Source of the DNA: Lama glama | Taxonomy: Eukaryota | Reading direction: 5' to 3' | Assembly (NCBI GenBank): GCA_028534125.1 | Contig: CM052816.1 | Coordinates: 90,336,001 to 90,400,000, forward strand | Length of the DNA stretch: 64,000 nucleotides | Shown here: piece by piece, positions 1-13,034 of the stretch | How positions within the stretch are numbered: the first letter of the stretch is position 1 | Layout: each line of letters starts with the position of its first letter | Notes under the pieces: generated by a model | Told to the model about the DNA's origin: nothing | The model's input: only the letters and a program-made list of their open reading frames with translations | Database searches by the model: none | Translations under genes and position numbers: made by a program

Positions 1-167
1 AATGGGCCACTGCCTACTGTGAACACAGAGCAAAGGTTTTACTTCAGTCGATCCATTTGATGTTGGTTAGAGCTTCTTTATCAAGTTTCTTTACAAGTTT
101 TCTCTGCATAAACACTCCTGATTTTCCTTATCAAATTAAATACTACCATCTTTAAAATTCTATGTAA

Positions 168-382
168 GGGACAGACTGGGATTTCAAAATTTGTAGATAC
201 TGACAGGCATATGCAGAATAGACAAACACGATTACACTGTATAGCACAAGGAAATATATACAAGATATTGTGGTAGCTCACAATGAATATATGTATACTC
301 ATGTATAATTGAAAAACTGTGCTCTACACTGGAATTTGACACAACATTGTAAAATGACTATAGCTCAATAAAAATGTTTTTA
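168..382 (+). mobile_element. 5'-truncated L1 3' end with target-site duplication
   Basis: L1 3'UTR-like sequence ending AATAAAAATG; exact 14-bp TSD AAAATTCTATGTAA at 154-167 and 383-396, at a TT/AAAA endonuclease-type site. Confidence 0.8.
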
Positions 383-1054
383 AAAATTCTATGTAAACAT
401 TCATTGTGCACAGTGAATGAAGGACTCCAGTAGACACTACTCAGACATAATTTAAGGCCTTTTGATTACCTGTTCCTTGGATTAGAGTACGAAATCCCGG
501 GGGCAAATCTAAAAACACACAGAAAGAGTGTATTGATTGCTATTTAACAATGTAGAACAGCAAAGGTAGGCTAGGGCAGAAACAGACATATCTAGTTATC
601 TTTGGCATAGGAGCAGGCTAGGATGACTTCAGGGTTATCCATGATTCACTCTATAAAATAATGTTTATAAAATCCAACCAGACCTTTTAAAGGAAAAAAA
701 TATGAACCCTTCTACCCACTGTAGATTTATGTTACTTTGACTATGCTTATAAATGTCTATAAATATACATCTAGGTCTTATGCTCAGAGGACTCAGCCAC
801 AGAAACAAATTAAATAGGAACCAAATTATAAAGCCAATAAAATTGAAATTAATCTTATTAATTTAAGGTGGTACATTATCTTGAAATTTAATCTGTTTGA
901 AATTTGAATATTGTACTGAATGTCACATCATAGTTTCAGAAGCATTCGGCATGTCTATGCTACTGTGTGTCACTTGCTAACTCAACTCACCCACCCTTTT
1001 CTCTACTCAAATTCATGTGAAACCTTTGTTTGCACAGTGCTTCATAACGTCATT

Positions 1055-1935
1055 TGGCTTTCTATGTCTGCGAATCTGTTTCTGTTTTGTAAATAAGTTC
1101 ACTTGTCTCATTTTTTTTTTTAGATTCTCCATATAAGTTATATCGTATGGTATTTTTCTTTCTCTTTCTGTCTTTCTTCACTTAGTATGACCATCTCCAG
1201 GTCCATTCATGTTGCTGCAAATGGCATTATTTTACTCTTTTTTATGGCTGACTAGTATTCAATTGTGTGTGTGTTTGTGTGTAAATATATATATATATGT
1301 ATGTATACACACACACACATATATATATATATATATCACATCTTCTTTATCTAGTCTTCTGTTGATGGACATTTAGGTTGCTTTCATGTCTTGGCTATTT
1401 TAAGTAGTGCTGCTATGAACATTGAGTGCATGCATTTTGTGAATTAGAGTTTGCTCTGGATATATGTCCAGGAGTGGGATTGCTGGATTGTATGGTAGGT
1501 CTATTTTTTAGTTTTTTGAGGAATTTGTATACTGTTTTTCTTAATAGCTGCTCCAGACTACATTCTTACCAACATTGTCGAAAGGTTCCCTTTTTTACAC
1601 ACCCTTTCCAGCACTGATTATTTGTGGACTTTTTAATGATGACCATTCTGACCTGTGTGAGGTGATACTTCATTGTGGTTTTGGTTTGCATTTCTCTAAT
1701 AGTGAGCACTTTTCCATGTGTCTCTTGGTCATTTGTATATCTTCACTGGAGAAATGTTTGTTTAGATGCTCTGCCTATTTTTTTGCTTGGGTCATTAATT
1801 TTTTTGTTACTGAGTAGTATGAGCTGTTTCTATATTCTGGAAATTAAGCCCTTGACAGTCACACGGTTTGCAAATATTTTCTCCCATTTTGTAGGCTGTC
1901 TTTTTGTTTTGCTTGCTGTTTCCTTTGCTGTGCAA
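1055..1935 (-). mobile_element. L1 fragment (ORF2 3' end / 3'UTR) with internal (TG)/(TA) microsatellite
   Basis: Typical antisense L1 text (ccattcatgttgctgcaaatggc; gatggacatttaggttgctttcatgtcttggctatt; tttgcatttctctaatag; tttgcaaatattttctcccatt). Confidence 0.9.
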
Positions 1936-3859
1936 AACTACCAGTCTCTTTGCCTGAAACCCCGTGTGTTTTACGCCCATTAATACATCTTTGTACCTAG
2001 CATAGTGTTAGGTACCTGGTAGGTACATATTAAATATTTATCAAATTAATTAATAATTTAATGAATAAATAAACAGAAAATGAGAATAATTTAATAATCT
2101 TTCAAAGGAAGTAGATATTGAGAATTGATCATCTCTGTTGATTATAAGAAATCTTTTATTCCAATGTGTATATTTGGACTACAAAGCTTCAGATCGATTA
2201 TATGGATATATACATTCCTGCTCATTTGACAATTCAGTGTTAGTACTTTAGAAATTCAGCAAGTTGCATAGATGAAGTTATGATTCTCTATGTTAATGTA
2301 CAGAAAATAAGATTGTGTAAAGTATATTAAGTTATCTATTACCTACAGATTAAATTTATCTTTTTCTCACTGCCCATTGTTAGAGTTAATCAGGTTTATT
2401 TTTTAAAGGTCTTAAGCGTCATGAAATAATAGTTGAATATCCTAAGATAATTTAAATGTGATAGGATGTTTTATTTCCATTGAAAATCTGAATCCCATGA
2501 ATGATGGAAGCTTTCAAAATTTATAGTTAACAAGGCAAAAAAAATCTCACTCGAACAAGTTCTTCTATAAATTCTTAAATGTGACTTATCTTCCATTATA
2601 TATCAGTTTGATGGTCTTAAATGAAAGTCAAATATATCATTGTTTAACTTTTTCCATTTTACAGATAACTCTGAGGCCATTTACCTAATTCTTGGAATGA
2701 AGAGAATTGTTCTCTCCTACAGTAGAGACTACTGGTGCTAGTGTCTTAATGAAGAAACCAGATCGAATAGGAGGTAAACTATGAAAGTTGAAGAACAAAA
2801 AACTTAAGATGTAAAGCTTGAAGAAAAAAATGTGTAAATATATATTTTTTAAACAATTAATTTATAGTCTATTCAATGCTAAACTATTTGGGCAGATAGT
2901 CCAAGTGGGTGTGAAGAAAATATGAGGCATGAGAAATGATGCAGAGAAACAGAGAACACAGTCATGTTATTTACTTACTTATTTATATAATAAATTTGGC
3001 ATTGGCTTAGTTTAGTGTAAATAAGATCACATTTAGGGACCAAACTGAAAGCAAATAAATATCATTTTCATTTATAATTTTAGACTTTATTCTACTTGTC
3101 CTGATTTTAAAGACCATCAAATGAGTCACATATTTTTGTTGTTAAAAAAAATTCATCATTTCATCATTGGACAGATATCCCCATATTAATAAAAATTAAC
3201 TCATGTCAAGACTAAATTTCAAATTGTGTAAAAACTGGCTCTTACCACCAAAGGAAAAGAATTGATACATCAAAATAAATAGATATTAACTCAGATTAAG
3301 TCAAACAGCACATATTGACTTGATAGAAAGTTGAATTGTTAGGACACATTATCTAATGAAATGGTATAATGGTGGAGGTGAGAGAAGAATGTACACTTGT
3401 GAACATGGGTGTCATGAGCTTTATTAAGGAAAAAATAGGTTTTAAGAGAACTGGGTTTGATGTGAAGAGCATGGGGATTGTGAGCTGGATGATGAGGAAA
3501 AAGAACTCATGTAAGTCCAATCTAGTGGCAAACCAGCCATTCCATTGGCATTCTACTGGTATTAAGGGCTTTTCTACTACTGTTATAGGACATTTATGGT
3601 CAGATAAAAACATGACACATTTAAGAAGCTAAAAGAGGGCCCATGCGTCTGGAGGGGAGAAGCAGAAGGAGGAAAAGGCAGTGGATGAGAAGAGAAAGTA
3701 CAGCAAACTCCCGATTTTTCGGGGCTTTGTAGGACTGATGTCTACTCTTTTGTTGCTAAGAGTAGTGGGAAAATACTGAAATGATTTAAAAAGGGGAAGT
3801 GATTCAATTAGATTGCATTTCTAAGAGATCGTCTATGCCATTACTATGATATTCAACAC

Positions 3860-4600
3860 TTGCACTCTTGGGCGTTTAATCCTAGAGATATTAAAACCCA
3901 GACATGAACATTCATAGCAGGTTTATTTGTAATAGCCAAAAACTGAACACAGAATATATAGCCCTCAGTGAGGGCATGATTAAGCAGACTGTATTCATCC
4001 ATACCACAGAATACCAGGCAGCACCATGGGATATCATGAAATACTGCTCAGCAATAAAAAGAGGTATCTATTGATACATGTAATAACTTGGATAAATCTC
4101 AAGGAAATTATGTTAAGTGGGAAAGCCAAGGCTCAACAGGTTTAATATTGTATGGTCCAATTTATATAACTATCTTGAAATGGCAAATTTATTGAAATAG
4201 CAGATTAGTGGTTGCTGGGATTTAGGGATAAGGAAGGAGTGGGTAATGGGAAAGAGGTGAGTGGCCATAAAAGGCAAAGAGAGAGATCATTGTCATGATG
4301 AAACTGTTCTGTGTCTTGAATCTCATGGTGGGCACAGGAACCTACAAATATGATAAAATCACATAGATCTACATACACATGTATGCACACACACATTTAC
4401 TAATACAAGTAAAATTGGGAAAATCTGAATAAACTGGTGGGTTGTATCAATGCCAGTATCTTTGTTCTGATATTGTACAATAGTTTTGCAACTTTTTCAA
4501 ATTACCGTTGTAAGAAATTAGGTTAAGGACGTATGGGATGGCGCCACATTATTTTTTACAACCACGTGTGAATCTACAATTACTTCAAAAATTAATTTTT
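3860..4600 (+). mobile_element. Old L1 (L1M-type) 3' end
   Basis: ttcatagcaggtttatttgtaatagccaaaaactg; tggataaatctcaaggaaattatgttaagtg; gattagtggttgctggg; tgtgaatctacaattacttcaaaa. Confidence 0.8.
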
Positions 4601-5640
4601 GAAAAGATCTTCTGCTTACAGTGATTACAGTGGGCAAGAAATGATGCTAAGAGAAGCAGGGGCAGGGGCTTCTTCATTTGTTCAGTATTCTCCACATCTC
4701 ATGCTGCTGAAAAAGATTTCCTCCAAACACTATAATTTAAAGCATACCAGTCTCATAGACATGTGACCTTGTATTTTGTTTCTATGCTCATTCCTTGACT
4801 CCTTGATGAGAATTTGTAAATTTATCAAGACCAAGGATTGCGTCTTATCAAAGTGTATAACTCCTGTGACAGCCAGAAGAGATATTAGATTTCAGTCCTA
4901 CATTTTTAATGAATTACTGGATGCATGTGCACATGCTAGAAGTTCACAGCCATCCTAACAATTTGATGTTGCTTTAATTAGCTCAACAATAACAACAACA
5001 AAATGAAGACATGAAGACATGTTAGGTATGAGTAGTGTTCAGTGGACCGTTGTTTATTTAGAACACAGTTCATTGAACCTAAAGGTAAAAGGTTGTCTCC
5101 CTCATTTTTACAGAGCAGAAATGTCACATGACCTTCGTAAAGACTCAGGGGCCAAAGGTGGCCAAGAAGCAGATAGTCACAGGTAATACAAGAGTCAAGT
5201 TACTTTGAAGAGCATTGGGGTAGGAGATGTGCACCTCAGTTAGGAATTAAAGTTGTTTCTAACTGACTGAAAACAGATCACTCAGTTGGCATATAGGGGA
5301 ACAAAACTGTATGTATTTATTAGCAGGTCAGTGATGGGCTCCACAGTGTCTGAAGGCCTTTGGACAAAGCCCTGATAAAACCAGGGAAGCCAAGGAAATC
5401 ATTGCATTCCCCACACATGTAAGCGACTGTCATTCTACCTCATGAAAACCCATTTTGAGGAAAAATAGCTAAAAATACATTTTCTTATTTACAAAAACCA
5501 CAATTTTCTTATTTTAACATGAAGGATGTTTGAAAATTGCAATGTTACAAATGCTGTGGGCAACTAAGAAAATCGTGACAAGATTATTAGGGAAACATTA
5601 AGAGACAATATCAGAATACAGTGGGATATTGCTACACAGA

Positions 5641-5851
5641 CCGGTGGTTTTCAATCAGGCTGCATATTGGAATCACTTAAAGGTTTTAAAACTATCAACA
5701 TACAAATAAAAACCTCAGGACCGAATCAGAATGCTTGGGATAGGACCTTGGCCTTGATTATTTATCCTTTATTGTGAGTGTTGTCATTGTAATTGTGATT
5801 ATTAAAGCACCTTGGGGGGTTCTAACATGCAAACAAGTTTGGGAACCACTG
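5641..5851. mobile_element. MER5-like hAT-Charlie MITE
   Basis: Ends ccggtggttttcaa ... gtttgggaaccactg (degenerate TIRs), internal gaatcac/gaatcagaat. Confidence 0.7.
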
Positions 5852-6290
5852 ACATGAACCAAAGGCAAAATTACACATTCAAAAATGCTGCATCCTGTCC
5901 CAATAAATATTTTCCTCCATTTATCTAACTCTGTCTCATCTTTACTAAATAATAAGCTTACTGTAAATCAAACTTCATGACTTATCTCCTGTTCTTGCCC
6001 AGAATTCAAGAAGTTCAAGGTGAAGAATAGATATCAAGCCACAATTGTTAATTGACACAAGACACAGAAATTATTACAAATAAAAATATTCCACTTGAGG
6101 CTGTAGCATCAGATGCATGAAGAGAAAGAAAACTGGCCCCTTTTCTTTCTGCTCACAGTCCTAGACCCCAAAGTGAACAATATGAGTAAATCCCTTCAAA
6201 AGGACCTGATTCCAAGGTGAGGACATAGTCATAAAGCGACATTGCATCTTGATCCTTTTCTTTTGAAAATGGTTCTAAACTCATGGGGCC

Positions 6291-6915
6291 AGTACGGGGA
6301 ATATAAAGATCATTTACAAAGATTTTGGGACCTTAACTAGCTCATGCTCTGGTGGAGAAAGAAGGTGCTGGGTGTGCTTTCTCATGACACCCCTAGACAA
6401 TATTACAAAAACCACTCCATCAAATAGTGCCTTGAATAGGGTTGTCTCCAAATGGGAAAAGAGACCAAAACTTTGGAACAAAGGAACACATCAGCATCAT
6501 GGCATGGTGAAGCCATGACCAAAACCAGAACCCTCCTAAGAGAAAAGGGAAAATGACACCTTTGAATCACTAGATACCAGACGCATTCTGAGTAGCACCA
6601 AATACCTGGGATGTGAAATGGACTTATGCCTGAGGAATCACTTCCAGGGTTAGAAATTTACTCCTCCTCTGATGTCTGGGAAGGCTTTGAGTTATGAGAG
6701 AATGAAGGTGGCAACAAAATGAGAAAAAAGCTTAGGAAATTTTTATACCTTTGATATATCTGCACTCCTCCCTTGAAAGAGTGACTCATAGTTAAAAGTT
6801 AATTCATTCAGTCGCTCTTGAATCCTAAATAAGTCATTTGGGAGTATGGGAATATAAAGATCATTTACAAAGATTTTGTGACCTTAAATAGCTCACACTC
6901 TAGTGAAGAAAGGAG
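6291..6915. repeat. Pair of ~70-bp direct repeats 551 bp apart
   Basis: Identical 31-mer GGGAATATAAAGATCATTTACAAAGATTTTG at 6297-6327 and 6848-6878; similarity extends over ~6291-6364 and ~6843-6915. Confidence 0.9.
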
Positions 6916-8671
6916 CGTATAATAGTCATGAAGGTGTCTGTATGATTAAATCTTGTATATAGAAGTAAGAATAGATGTTTCGAGTTGTCAGACCCCAGTG
7001 GAATGAGGAGGCAGGGACCATGAAACAAAAGTCTTGGAATTTCTCCACCCATTCCTTGTGATGTCATTTTTCCCAAGTGATTCCAATCAATGTTACACAA
7101 GTTCCATTTTATGTCAGAGAAGTCTTTATACCAGATGCCAAAGATAGGTTAGAAATCTTGCCTGGATTCTGTGAACTCTTTCAATGAAATGCTGTTCAGT
7201 GTGATTCAAAAAGGAATAAAGTCCCATGTGCAAGTTAATCTCTGGAGACTGGAAGTTAAGCCACAAAATCTTGTCATGGGCCTTGTCCAAGATATCTGCC
7301 TTTGAATTGGTTTGCACAATCATCACCATCATTTGGGAAGGGTCTTCTGCCCCAGCTGTCCAGGTGGAGGAATGTATTTTCTATTCAGTGTAGCAAAACA
7401 TGAGTTATTTACCTATTGGAGATAAAAAGCCAATACAAAGGTAAACACTGTTGGTATATTTGAAGAAGAGTAGATTTTTGGAGAAGTAGACTTAGGGCAA
7501 GGATGGAAGAGGAAACACAATTTTAGGAAGCTTCATATCCTCTAGGAGATGCTAGCAAAGCATTCCAGCAGTAGATGTACCACTTAAAACTGGAGGTCCA
7601 TCCAGCAGCTTTCAGTGAGTGACTGCTATTAAAATCTAAGAGCCAAATATGTTGGGGTTTTTTTTCAAAATGCTAAGAAAATTCCCTGTAGAGAGATGAT
7701 GGAGTTGTGAAGTTGTCATTACTGTAACACAGATTCATGGGAAGAAGCTGCACAAGAGCCCTAGATACAGATAAGCCCTGGAGAGCCAGGCAGTGAATGG
7801 TTAAGGCTCCAATAGCTTATCCAGCTAGCAAACACTTCTTAAAAATTGCATTAAATCTGCTGTTGGCAACAGCACAGGAGAAAAAGTAATAACCTCCAAA
7901 GCTATCGACAGGAGTTTGGCAACATCGATCAAAATGTTAATATTTATACTTTTGAACAGAAATTCCATTTCTGAGACTGTATCTTAAGGAAGCAGTCAGC
8001 AAAGTGTAAAGATATATGTAGAAATATACCCATCCTGATGTTACATGTATGATATTAAAATTGGAAATACCTCAATGCCCATCAAGAGAAAATTATTTCT
8101 ATAAATTACGGGAGAGCTAACAGAATCCCAGGTGACCATTAAAATGCATGATGGAAATCTTGAGCTCTTGCGTGCATAGAAGGATGTAAATAACTTTTTT
8201 TACAGTCTAGTTAAAATACTGATAAGAAATAGTATGCATAGTAATTTTTTGCTTTAAAAATGTATTTACACAGAAAAAACTCCAGACAATGTAAAATTAA
8301 ATGTTTAAGAAGATACAATAAATAATTAGCAAAAATTAACATTGGGCAGGGCATTTCATCCTGGCATACCTTATGTCCTTCAAGACACATTTCTTTATGT
8401 TCTTCCTTTGTTTCGTATTCCTATATTTTCTGAAACTTTGCATTAATGATATAGATTTATCCTTAAAAATAAAACAATGACTCGATTCCTGTTTGTTTTT
8501 TTTTTTTAAACTCCAGTTAACAACCTTTAGAGATTTGTGGTTTTCAGAGGTCAGGAACAGGAAAGAGGTTAGGAACCCCAAGTACCACATCGGTTAGGAA
8601 CCAGCTCTCTGATTGTAAGGTCATAAATTTCATAGGAAAGCAAAGGCTGCCAGCCTTGACCAGGGGGTCAC

Positions 8672-8704
8672 ATACATTCTGGATACATTCTGGGTACATT
8701 CTGG
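8672..8704. repeat. 11-bp tandem repeat x3 (RTACATTCTGG)
   Basis: atacattctgg-atacattctgg-gtacattctgg read directly. Confidence 0.9.
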
Positions 8705-9094
8705 GCGATAAGCTAAATATTTAAGTATTTTCCAAGAGTGAAGTATTCAGAAGCATCATTTAGTCATCACCTGGGTCTATAAGAATTATGTATTATTCTA
8801 CTTGGTCTTTCTGTAATTTTCAATACTCTTAAACATACACTCAATTCTAGAATTATTTTCTTCCTTAACTTTCATCACTCTCTCCTGCATGGTTAAAAGT
8901 AAACTCCAGTCTCTGTTCATTTCTTTTAAAATTCTACTGGTTTCTCTTTTATTCTCATCTTGTGAAAATAATTATTCTTTAGAGCTCTCTCCTTTAACCT
9001 TCTTTAAATTTTTTTCACTCTTCCTGAATAATCTACTTCACATTCAGTCTCATCTACTCCTCATTAGCTTTGTGCACCAATTTTTAAAATGAAA

Positions 9095-9325
9095 TATTAG
9101 CTATATTCCCCATGTTGTACAATACATCCACTGGTAACCACGAATTTCTTCTCTGTGTCTGTGAGTTTGCTCCGTTTTGTTATATTCACTAGTTTGTTGT
9201 ATTTTTTAAATGCCACATGTAAGTGATATCATACAGTATCTTGTCTTTATCTGTCTGACTTATTTCACTTAGCATAATGCCCTCCACGTCCATCCATGTG
9301 GCTGCAAATGGCAAAATTTCATTCA
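9095..9325 (-). mobile_element. L1 3'UTR fragment
   Basis: ccacatgtaagtgatatcatacagtat; tgacttatttcacttagcataatgccctc; catccatgtggctgcaaatggcaaaatttcattc. Confidence 0.85.
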
Positions 9326-12300
9326 TGCCTCCATAATTTTTTTCATGCTCCTTACTTTCAAGAGTCAACTTGTCAAGGACCCACTCCAGAGTCATTGGAA
9401 AGTTACCTAGGAGTGCCCAACAGAAGAGACAATTTTGTATCAAGAGAGTTATTATTCTGGAAGCCTGAGATGGCATAATTGGGTAGAGAACCAAAATCAA
9501 TTTCAAGAAAAATCAAAAACAGGGAAGTTAAGAAAGTTTCTAGCAAAATTATTGCCTATAAAGAAAAAGACAGGCACAAATAATAGAGGTTAAATTATGG
9601 CCTGGATAGCTTAAAAAAGAGAAGTAAAGTTAAGAAAAGAGATCTTAGCAAGTAGTTTAGCCTTGGGAAAATAAATTGACAGTCGGTGCTGGTAAGCCAC
9701 TTTTATTTGGAAACTGGATCCTTTCAAGCAAATGAGAAAAAGACAAGTTCAATTGTAGAACACTTGTAATCATTCCCCTAATGTTCAATTCCACCAGTCT
9801 CTTTGGCCAGGGTTGATTTAGTCCAATATATGTACTTGGACCTAAGCTAAACCCAAATTCTTTCTCTTAGGAGTTTATGAACTAGAACAGGGACCAGCAG
9901 AGACAAAGGGCAGTGTGAGTTGAGTTACATCATAACAATGGCCTGTTGAGTTACTGCTTCTGACCTCCCCAGAACAGTCATGGGTTCCTTCCTTCTGGAG
10001 ATTCAGTTTAAACTGCCCAGAATCTGTCACTAAATTTCCTTTTTGACTTGAGTACACCAAAAGGTTTCCAAATTATTTGGGAAGAGAGCAAGTTGGAGAA
10101 CAAGATGTTCAATATGATTCTTTTTTGTGCAAATTAGGGTGCTTAAAATTTAGATTTAAAACAGCATTAAAATAAATCTGGACCCCAGGAATGTGTTGAT
10201 TTCCAGTGTGGGTGGAAGGTGCTCACTGACGTTCATGAATGTAAACTAGCTGCTCTCCTGGTTGGTGGCGTGGCATCTAGTAGGCATCATGCAACTTGAT
10301 TGCACATCTTGGGAAAAAAAAAAAAGGTTTGACAGAGATGAACAGGCATCAGTGAGGAGTGGCATTGGATTAAGAGCAGGATGTGTCTTAGGTGAATCTG
10401 GGGTGCAAGCACTCCCTTCAAGAGGATCCTTCAAGAAGAAATGTTTCCAACACACCTCACCATTGGAGTCAATGGATAGGACAACAGTTTAAAACTTTGC
10501 TTTCCAGCAGGTAAGTAATTAAAATGTACTGTTGGAAGATTTAAGGCAGGATTATCCCAGTGAGAGAAATAGCCATACAATCATAACAAAGTAAATCATT
10601 CCAAAAAATTCATTGTTTAAATTAACATAAGTAGCACAGGCAGAGGGGAAAACTACAATTGAGATAAACCAAAACTACAAGTGTAAATATCCACTTTGTG
10701 ATGCATCTGAAGATTGGGGTTAAAACAAGAGAGTAAGTGGTGGGGACAGTGGTGAGCAGTACAAGATACTAAGGATGATTCAGGATGAGGGAGTGGGTGC
10801 TGAAAGAATCTGTTTGGAAACAGTTGTTAGTATATCCTTCAATCCACAAGTTCATTACTCCATGACAGCATTTACCCTACTGAGATCATTGACTGTCTTG
10901 TAGATGGTCCCCCACAAAGTTTAGCTCAAGAAGAAGAGGAACTGTGGGTTCACCTCTGGATACCCAGCCCTTAACAGAGTACCTGCCACAAGGAAGGCCG
11001 TAAATGGTTGCTGACAGCATGTTGAATGAACTAGGACATTAGTCCACTATCTGGAGAACAAAAGTAGTATTTTAATCCAATCTAGACAACTGGAAGAAAA
11101 TGGTAGAAGCAAATACATCTCAATAAAGTTATTCCTAAAAATGCAAATAGAGTATCTTTGTATAGAATTCTTTTTCAGATTGTAAATAATTGCCTTATTC
11201 TTTGGAGAAACTTGCAAACATTAAACTGACACTGGAAATAGGAGGGGAAAAAAAGCAAACCCATCTTGTTTGCAACAAATCGAAGTATGCATTTTCTTAT
11301 TTTGTCAAATCCTCATATTGTACGAGGGTGTTGTCTTTGAGCTTTTCCCACTAATATATTATTATCCTGTAGTGTTTGTTAATCTTTGATCGTAGCGGGG
11401 ATCAATCACAATATGCTTAATGAAGAAGGATCTCTTTGTTTTCACACCAAGTAAAATATTTGGACTACTTTATTGGACAATAAGAACTGTATCTTTTAAA
11501 AATTGTCTATTTATGGTGTGGTCATACCTTAAAATGATGTATTACATAGCAAAGAACTATTTATTTTAAAATATCAACTTCAGCTTTGAAATCCCAGAAG
11601 GGAGAATTAAAACTGTAGACAATCAGAAATTAGAGTAAATCTAATTGCATTAAGGTTTATCCATAATCAAATCATAAACCTAAACTCTCAGAGATCCCAG
11701 TGGTTCTCAGTTGAAAAGAACAACAAATAAGATTGTTACAAGACAGGCATTTATAGTTCAATTTTAATCAGTTTCTCTAGTATTTGTAGAAAGAAAATAA
11801 AAGGTGTCAAAGGAATTGCCATATATGATGAAGTCATTTTTCTTAATAAATATGTACAAAAGCTTCAGCATTACAGCGTGTTAGACAAAACCTGGAATTG
11901 CAGTCTACTTTGAATAAATCCAAAGTAATAGGACAAGAAGCTCTCCAAGAATTTTAATTTGAATGTTTTAACATTCTATGTTTTTTTTACCCTCTGCAAT
12001 ATTTCAGTGTTCAGAAAGGACATTGTTAGCATTATCGCAGAACTGTAGAGACACAACAGCACACTGGAAAAGCAGGGGTTTAGAATGAGCTAGAACTCAC
12101 TATGAATATCAACCTCACTATTTTTAGCAAATTATATAATCCACTTGAGTCTCTGTCCACGCAAGTCTCTGGAAGACATGATGAATGAATTGACATGAGG
12201 AGTGAAGCAAATGGGAAAACACAAAATTCCTGGTACAAGGTGGATGCTGGAGAAATAAATGTATCTCTTTGGGAGGTCTACTGATTTTTTTTTTATGTAC

Positions 12301-13004
12301 GAAGATTTGGATAACAAATGGACAGCACACAAAGCAGGAGAGGAAACACAAATATGGATTGCAAAACGGAAGAAAACTAACATGCTGAGGTCTAAATATT
12401 ACTTGTGGGTGAAAATCTGTGCTGGTTTCCGATGGCATTACCATCGTGTGCAGTCAGCCATCAGCCCACAGCCCCCTCAGCCCTCTGGCATTCAGAAAAT
12501 GATCACTTAGCTCCTGAATTTATGCTTTGATGGATCGGATAAAGCCTTTGCTAAATTGATGCCCTTTCATGTTCCGTTGTCTCTGCAGAGTGAGAAAACC
12601 CTGATAGAAATAATCGCTGGGATAATTTGGGAAAATAGCCTTGTGTTCACTGCCCTTTGAATTGAATTCAGAGAATCTGTGTTTTTACATATATTGCCTT
12701 AGACAAACTCCACCTGAGATGGAAAATATTTTCAATTTTTTAATTTGTTATCATTAGCATTCCCTCCATTTAGCTGTTACTTACATGCCTTTAAGGTTTG
12801 GACTTCAGCTTTTCAAACATTTGGAAAATGTACTGTCTGAATAAACAATATGGTAAAAGTATCTGTTGAGTTCCACTAATCCTGTCATCTTGACAAGGAA
12901 TTTTTTTAAAAAGGAAAAGAAAAGAAGAAAATTTCTCATGTTCCTGCCCAGAGGAGCACTAATGGGTTATGAACCCTTTCAGTCATAGAGCAGAGAGAAA
13001 AATG

Positions 13005-13034
13005 GTTGCCTTGGTAACAAGGCAAACCAATCAG
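13005..13034 (+). promoter_or_regulatory. RFX X-box (GTTGCCTTGGTAAC) adjacent to NF-Y-type CCAAT (AACCAATCAG)
   Basis: X-box consensus match 13005-13018; CCAAT motif 13025-13034; lies in a stretch with no recognisable repeat. Motif match only. Confidence 0.45.

Noticed and set aside
6291..6915. CRISPR-like repeat-spacer interpretation
   Set aside because: Only two copies, a ~480-bp spacer, mammalian context and no cas genes.
7020..7380. Coding-looking stretch (ORF 7126-7332)
   Set aside because: No recognisable motif and no convincing splice sites; might be an ancient repeat but I cannot support that.
7858..7874. Inverted repeat TGCTGTTG-G-CAACAGCA
   Set aside because: 8-bp arms occur by chance in 64 kb, and it borders decayed L1-like sequence.
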